Shown here one piece after another: positions 59,601 to 64,000 of a DNA stretch of 64,000 nt. How positions within the stretch are numbered: the stretch's first letter is position 1; each line of letters starts with the position of its first letter. A program made the position numbers and the translations under genes. Origin of the DNA: Oikopleura dioica (Eukaryota; Animalia; Chordata); NCBI GenBank assembly GCA_907165135.1, contig OU015566.1, positions 13,640,001 to 13,704,000 on the forward strand. Direction: 5' to 3'. The notes beneath the pieces were generated by a model. The model did not search any database, was not told where the DNA came from, and saw only the letters and a list, made by a program, of their open reading frames with translations.

Positions 59601-62600
59601 CGATCATCTTGAAAACCAAATACGAAATTTCCCTTTTCCTTTCTAAAAAATAACAACAACGCAGTTTCATACAGTAATGGTTTATTACGACCTGAATTTT
59701 TAAGTATTATCACGACGGTTTAGGTTAACATTTTAAAATTCAAACAGCTACGGTATTATATTTTTGATATCTTCTTTTGTTCATGGAGGAGAATGACGAT
59801 CAAGTTTCCGCTTATAACGATTTCATTTTCAAATATATTTTATCTCTTTTTCCATATTTAATTCAACAATTTATCCTGTCGCATATCGAAAGAACCAAAA
59901 AGAAAATTTCCCTTTCCGTCGCCAAAAACAACACCCTTATTACAGTCATTCTTCGCCTCAATCGTCGTCCCTCCACTTTTTATCGCGCTGGCTTTAGCGA
60001 TGACTTTACTAGGCAGAGTTTAAAGAATTGGATGTTTCATAACAAAAGAGGCTCAAGCAGCTTCTCTTCCTTGTTGGAGGATAAACTCTTTAGAACTTTT
60101 ATCCAAGTTCCGGACGTATCTGAGTCAACCCCTTTGGAGATGGAAGCGATGATGTACGAGGGCGGGGGTCACCTTAGCCTCTAATCAGTAAAGCTAGAAA
60201 GGCAAGACGCCACGTGCGGCCCGATAAAAAAAGAGGAGCCGAGCGTTGATCCTCGATCAGAATAAATCCGAAGCTCGGGCTTATGGTGTTAACACTTTCA
60301 CGTCGCTGGACATTGACGCAGACCCAGTTTATTCGAAGCTGTATAATTCGCGAATTTGGTTTCAAAAAAAGTTCAAATCAATTTTTTATTCAAAAATTTC
60401 TTATTGGCTGAAATAAACCAATAAGATAATGCAAAATTTTCTTGTTGAATAACCAACAAATCTGATTGGGGAAACGTAGATTTTGCGTAATTTGATTGGT
60501 CGATCTCTAAAAATCGATTTCAGCCAATAAGAATCACTTTCTTAACCCAAACTCTAACCCTAATTTTCGATATTGAAAAGCTTCCTTCGTATTGGTTAAA
60601 AAGACCCTTGAACAAACCTGATTGGCCCTCCTTCTTGAAACCAAAAAAGCTCCTGTCAAAGCCGGGTTTCGGTACTTGGTGCCTAAACACTACTTCCAGC
60701 GCCGAAAAACGCAAGTGGACGATCGACTACGCGAAGGAAAAAGGCTTCGACTTATCTGATCGATATTGTTCGGACGCTAATGTTGATCCGGAAGAGTACT
60801 TATTGCCAAACGCTTCATGGAGTTTATCCCGCCCGGTGGGAAGTGAGACTAACGACGCTTGCGCCTGTACATACGGTGAGCAGTTAAAAACATCCTGAGC
60901 AGCTTTTTCAATTAAAAAAATATTAAGGGGACTATATTAATCCACTCATGGACTGCGGAAGATATCCAAACGACCATCCAAACTACCCTGGTCAGAAAAA
61001 GTTTGCTGGAGGAGAAAATACGCCGATTTTCGAGCTTTACAGTGGAATGCATAATTATAATATGAACGGGAGAAATATCACTGACTGGGTTCAGAAAACT
61101 GTCGACAAGGATCAGAGTTTAAATTTCCATCAATACAGAAACATAACATTTAATTTTCAAATAATATAATAGATTTTTATTAACAAGTAATCAATTTTTA
61201 TATCTGAATTTCAAAGTCTTTCAATACATTTTGATGTTCATTTTATGTTTTCTTTACATTTCTCTCTCGTTTGGGATTTTCAAATACCCGATTTTTCTTC
61301 TTCATAAAAAGAATATTCATTTTATAACGAAATTTTCGAAGACCATGGTACGCAAAAAATATCAATTTCCTTTTATAAACAACTCGCTAAATAAATTTTT
61401 TAACAACATAAAAATTTGAAACTCTTGAAAGGATACCTTCGTCTTCCAACGATACGGAGGCTTTAGCATTGGAGCCAATGCTTTGAATGAAAGTTTATTG
61501 AACTTGCAACCCGGATTGGAGGACCGTTTGGATCCATTCATTCGCCACCGGAATTCAAAAATATGGTTCAATAATGTTGGCTACCACGCCTCTGTTGCTT
61601 ATTACAATATTTTCGCCAACTCTCTCCTCCGCTCCTCCATGCCGGATAGGAACCCGGAGGAACTTGGGATTGATGTGGTGAATTATCCACTCGACTTCGA
61701 TCTGAATAACATTGACGCTGCTGCTTTTCAACAAGCGTCTACGGATGTTATTATTGCAATTTGCGTGGTGTTCGCACTCAGTTTTATTCCTGCGTCTTTT
61801 GTGGTTTTTCTCATTGAAGAACGAGCATCTGGAGCGAAGCACCTTCAGTTGGACTCGGCAACTTGTGTGTAAAACCTGAGTCAGGCTCTAAAAGAGAATG
61901 AACGGAAAGCCGCGTAGCGGCTTTTTAACAAACGAAGCCGCGAAGCGGCTTCGAAGAATCACTATTTCAATTTGTTTTGAAATAATTATGAAGCCGCTCC
62001 GCGGCTTTGTTGAAAAAAACCGCAAGCGGCTTTTCATTTCTGTTGGTTCAGAGCCTGATTGAGGCTTTTTACACAGGTTTTCGAGCCCAGAACTTTAGTT
62101 TTTGAGCGGAATGAACCCGAATATCTACTGGATCGCCAACTACTGCTGGGACATCCTTATCTTTCTCTTCCCAACTGCCCTCTCAATCGCGATCTTCGCC
62201 CTGTTCCAGAGCAATGCTTATACAGGCAAAGATAATATTGGAAGCTTGGTTCTTTTGTTTATCCTTTTTGGCCTGGCTGCGACCCCGCTGATGTACCCAG
62301 CTACGTATCTGTTTGATAAGGAGGGTGTTCTTATCGGCAAGTTCTTATCGAACATGTTTCTTGAAGCGTTTTTAGTTATGTTCATTCGAGGAAAATATTT
62401 AGGGATAAGTTGATGGAGCGGGAGATAGGAGATTCTTATTCATATCGCTGCGTAAATATACTAAGCTGAGGGTTCTCCTTAGATTTTCGACGAAAAATGG
62501 ACAAGGGTAGGCCCAAGATTGTAGAAAAAACTTCGTTCATCGTGCCCAAGATTGTCAAATTTTGAATTTTCGCGTTCTAATTGGACAATTTCGTGCAGAA

Positions 62601-64000
62601 AATCGACTATCTAGAGCTAGAATTCGATAAGCTCGAGAAAGAATCGCAATGTTTAGCCAACAATCTTGGGGATGACCTTAATTTTGTATATGTATGGCAC
62701 TTAATTCTGCTGTTTTTGTGATCAGAATTCAAGTGCTGAATATTTCGCATTACAAAATAATTGAAATTATTTATTTTGAAAACCATCATCACTTTTTTCA
62801 CTAACTCAGTTACACGCTTGACCTAAATTCGAAATTTCGGAACACTTACTATAAGCCTGCTACTGCATACGTCGCCCTAACCGCGTTCAACCTGTTTATC
62901 GGAATCAACACAACGATTGCGGTTTCCGTCATGATGAGCATCGCTGAAAGGTCAGTACCTGCCCCATTAGTGCATCGAAGTTTATTTTGCATCTCATTTT
63001 ATTTTTGGCGTTTTTTCAGTGATCCGGATTTGGAAGATATCTACATAATTCTCGACAACGTGTTTTTGATATTTCCGCATTTCTGCCTCGGCCGGGGCTT
63101 GATGGAAATGGCCATACAACAGGCTTACCTGGACGCGTACGCCGAACTCGGGTTTGAACAAGAACGAAAGGAGCCGATTTTAGGCACGATTGGCTTTCCA
63201 AAATGCATTCGTCGAAACTCGGCCCAGACCATAATTTTTAATTGAGCCACTCACTTCCGAAAAGGGTAATCCTTTTTCAACACGGTTTTTTCTATTACCT
63301 AATGCTCAAGAAAGAAGCAGAAAACTTGAATAATTGAGTATAAATATGTAAGAAAAGGATGTAAGAGGCTTTCTAAATGGTTTATTCCTGAATGTCTAAT
63401 AGATTTATTTTACAGTTGAAAAGGGTCTTGCTTCCGTTAAGGGTAACCCACAAAAAACAGCTTCTTCTGCTTTAGACGGTCTGGCTTTATTTAATGCCAA
63501 CTTACTTCATTTTTGGCAAGAAAATTTTATTATATGATTCAAAAAACACTTAAACAGACTGTTCTGGTACTGTACCAAGATGAATATCCACGGCCCATGG
63601 GCCATATTATTTATTTGAATTCAAAAAGACTAACAGCGGACTAATTCTTAAGTCAAATTTTGTGTCATTTTAAACAAAAGTAATGCATAAAATTGATGAA
63701 AAGTAGACTAATTCACAGAATCAAATTAATTGTAACACAGTTTTCAAAATTTTCATAACTACTCGGAAAGCTTCATAGTATTTGAAGTAATTATGGAAAC
63801 ATCATTTAGAGAAGATATTGAAAAGGTCAATAAAGTGACAATTTAACGAAAGCCAAAATCAGCATTTGAGTACAACGGTCGCTGCTGCCTGGCCATGGCG
63901 ATCCAAACTATCGTTTTCTTCTCTTTGGTGCTCTTTATTCAACATCGTTCTACGGCGAAATCAACATCAAAAATAGTCACCCATAGCAGTGGAAAACTGG
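47638..64000 (+). CDS. ABCA: ABCA-subfamily lipid transporter (ABCA1/4-like), many exons, truncated by the window edge before NBD2
   Basis: [25 protein letters not shown]; [19 protein letters not shown]; GEIIYYPKT; [18 protein letters not shown]; [12 protein letters not shown]; [10 protein letters not shown]; LLDE|PTAGVDP; STHHMDEAD; [13 protein letters not shown]; PGFGTWC; WFNNVGYHA; [10 protein letters not shown]; [10 protein letters not shown]. Confidence 0.96.
48804..49612. mobile_element. hAT-like MITE with CCAATTGG/ATTGG subterminal arrays, inside the ABCA gene
   Basis: Perfect 17-bp TIR cagggctgcacaattgg / ccaattgtgcagccctg. Duplicated ctgattc(c) (7-8 bp) on both flanks. Confidence 0.88.
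51477..51712. mobile_element. TAAGGG-type foldback in an ABCA intron
   Basis: aaataagggggt / tccccttattt and aggcgacgataagggt / acccttatcatcgcct inverted pairs. Confidence 0.65.
53450..53594. mobile_element. piggyBac-type MITE in an ABCA intron
   Basis: TTAA at 53446-49 and 53595-98. TIRs cccactggcgcatggctggca / tgccagtcatgcgccaggggg. Confidence 0.8.
54517..55020. mobile_element. TA-flanked MITE (or two mini-elements) with 9-bp AATGGCACG tandem arms
   Basis: ta-ctgaaaatggcacgaatggcacg... and ...cgtgccattcgtgccattttcag-ta. An extra right end lies at 54575-54590. Confidence 0.8.
55040..55942 (-). pseudogene. Degenerate antisense coiled-coil ORF inside an ABCA intron (possible retroelement ORF1/gag remnant)
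   Basis: Frames [31 protein letters not shown]..., [18 protein letters not shown]... and [11 protein letters not shown]... are broken by stops or frameshifts and show no mini-introns. Confidence 0.4.
57757..58079. mobile_element. Near-perfect palindrome of about 320 bp inside the LLDE|PTAG intron of ABCA
   Basis: gctggtgattatcgacccctatctccttaat / attaaggagataggggtcgataatcaccagc, with central AAGCCGC hairpins. Confidence 0.85.
61851..62088. mobile_element. MITE of the GG(A/G)CTCGGCAAC family that occupies nearly a whole ABCA intron
   Basis: The left end ggactcggcaacttgtgtgtaaaacctgagtcaggctct matches 37155. The right end agagcctgattgaggctttttacacaggttttcgagccc is its imperfect inverse. Confidence 0.8.

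Overview
Eukaryotic, AT-rich, gene-dense animal genomic DNA. Many introns are about 40-50 bp, several need GA-AG or GC-AG splice sites, and Cys-rich/kelch-like orphan genes are present. Together these point to the larvacean tunicate Oikopleura (inference, not a database match). Genes in order: pannexin-like channel (+); secreted Cys-rich/kelch-like protein (-); orphan genes; type II CUB-like protein (-); EF-hand protein, orphan and ChaC glutathione gamma-glutamylcyclotransferase (all +, tightly spaced); an LDLa/EGF/C-type-lectin gene (-) with an in-frame TGA and a 1.18-kb direct duplication bracketing a pogo/Tigger transposase remnant; Cys-rich and kelch-like genes (+); two tandem SLC22 transporters (+); a probable pseudokinase with an acidic insert (-); a 13-kb cingulin-like coiled-coil gene (+); and an ABCA1-like transporter from 47638 past the right edge. 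The long introns are largely filled with non-autonomous DNA transposons (MITEs) bearing TA, TTAA and 7-8 bp target duplications, some nested. No rRNA, tRNA or CRISPR array was recognised. Exon boundaries were assembled by hand and are approximate. Top leads: an ABCA intron that appears to have been created by a MITE, the transposon-associated duplication, the pannexin lacking one matched disulfide pair, the cingulin-like gene and the pseudokinase.
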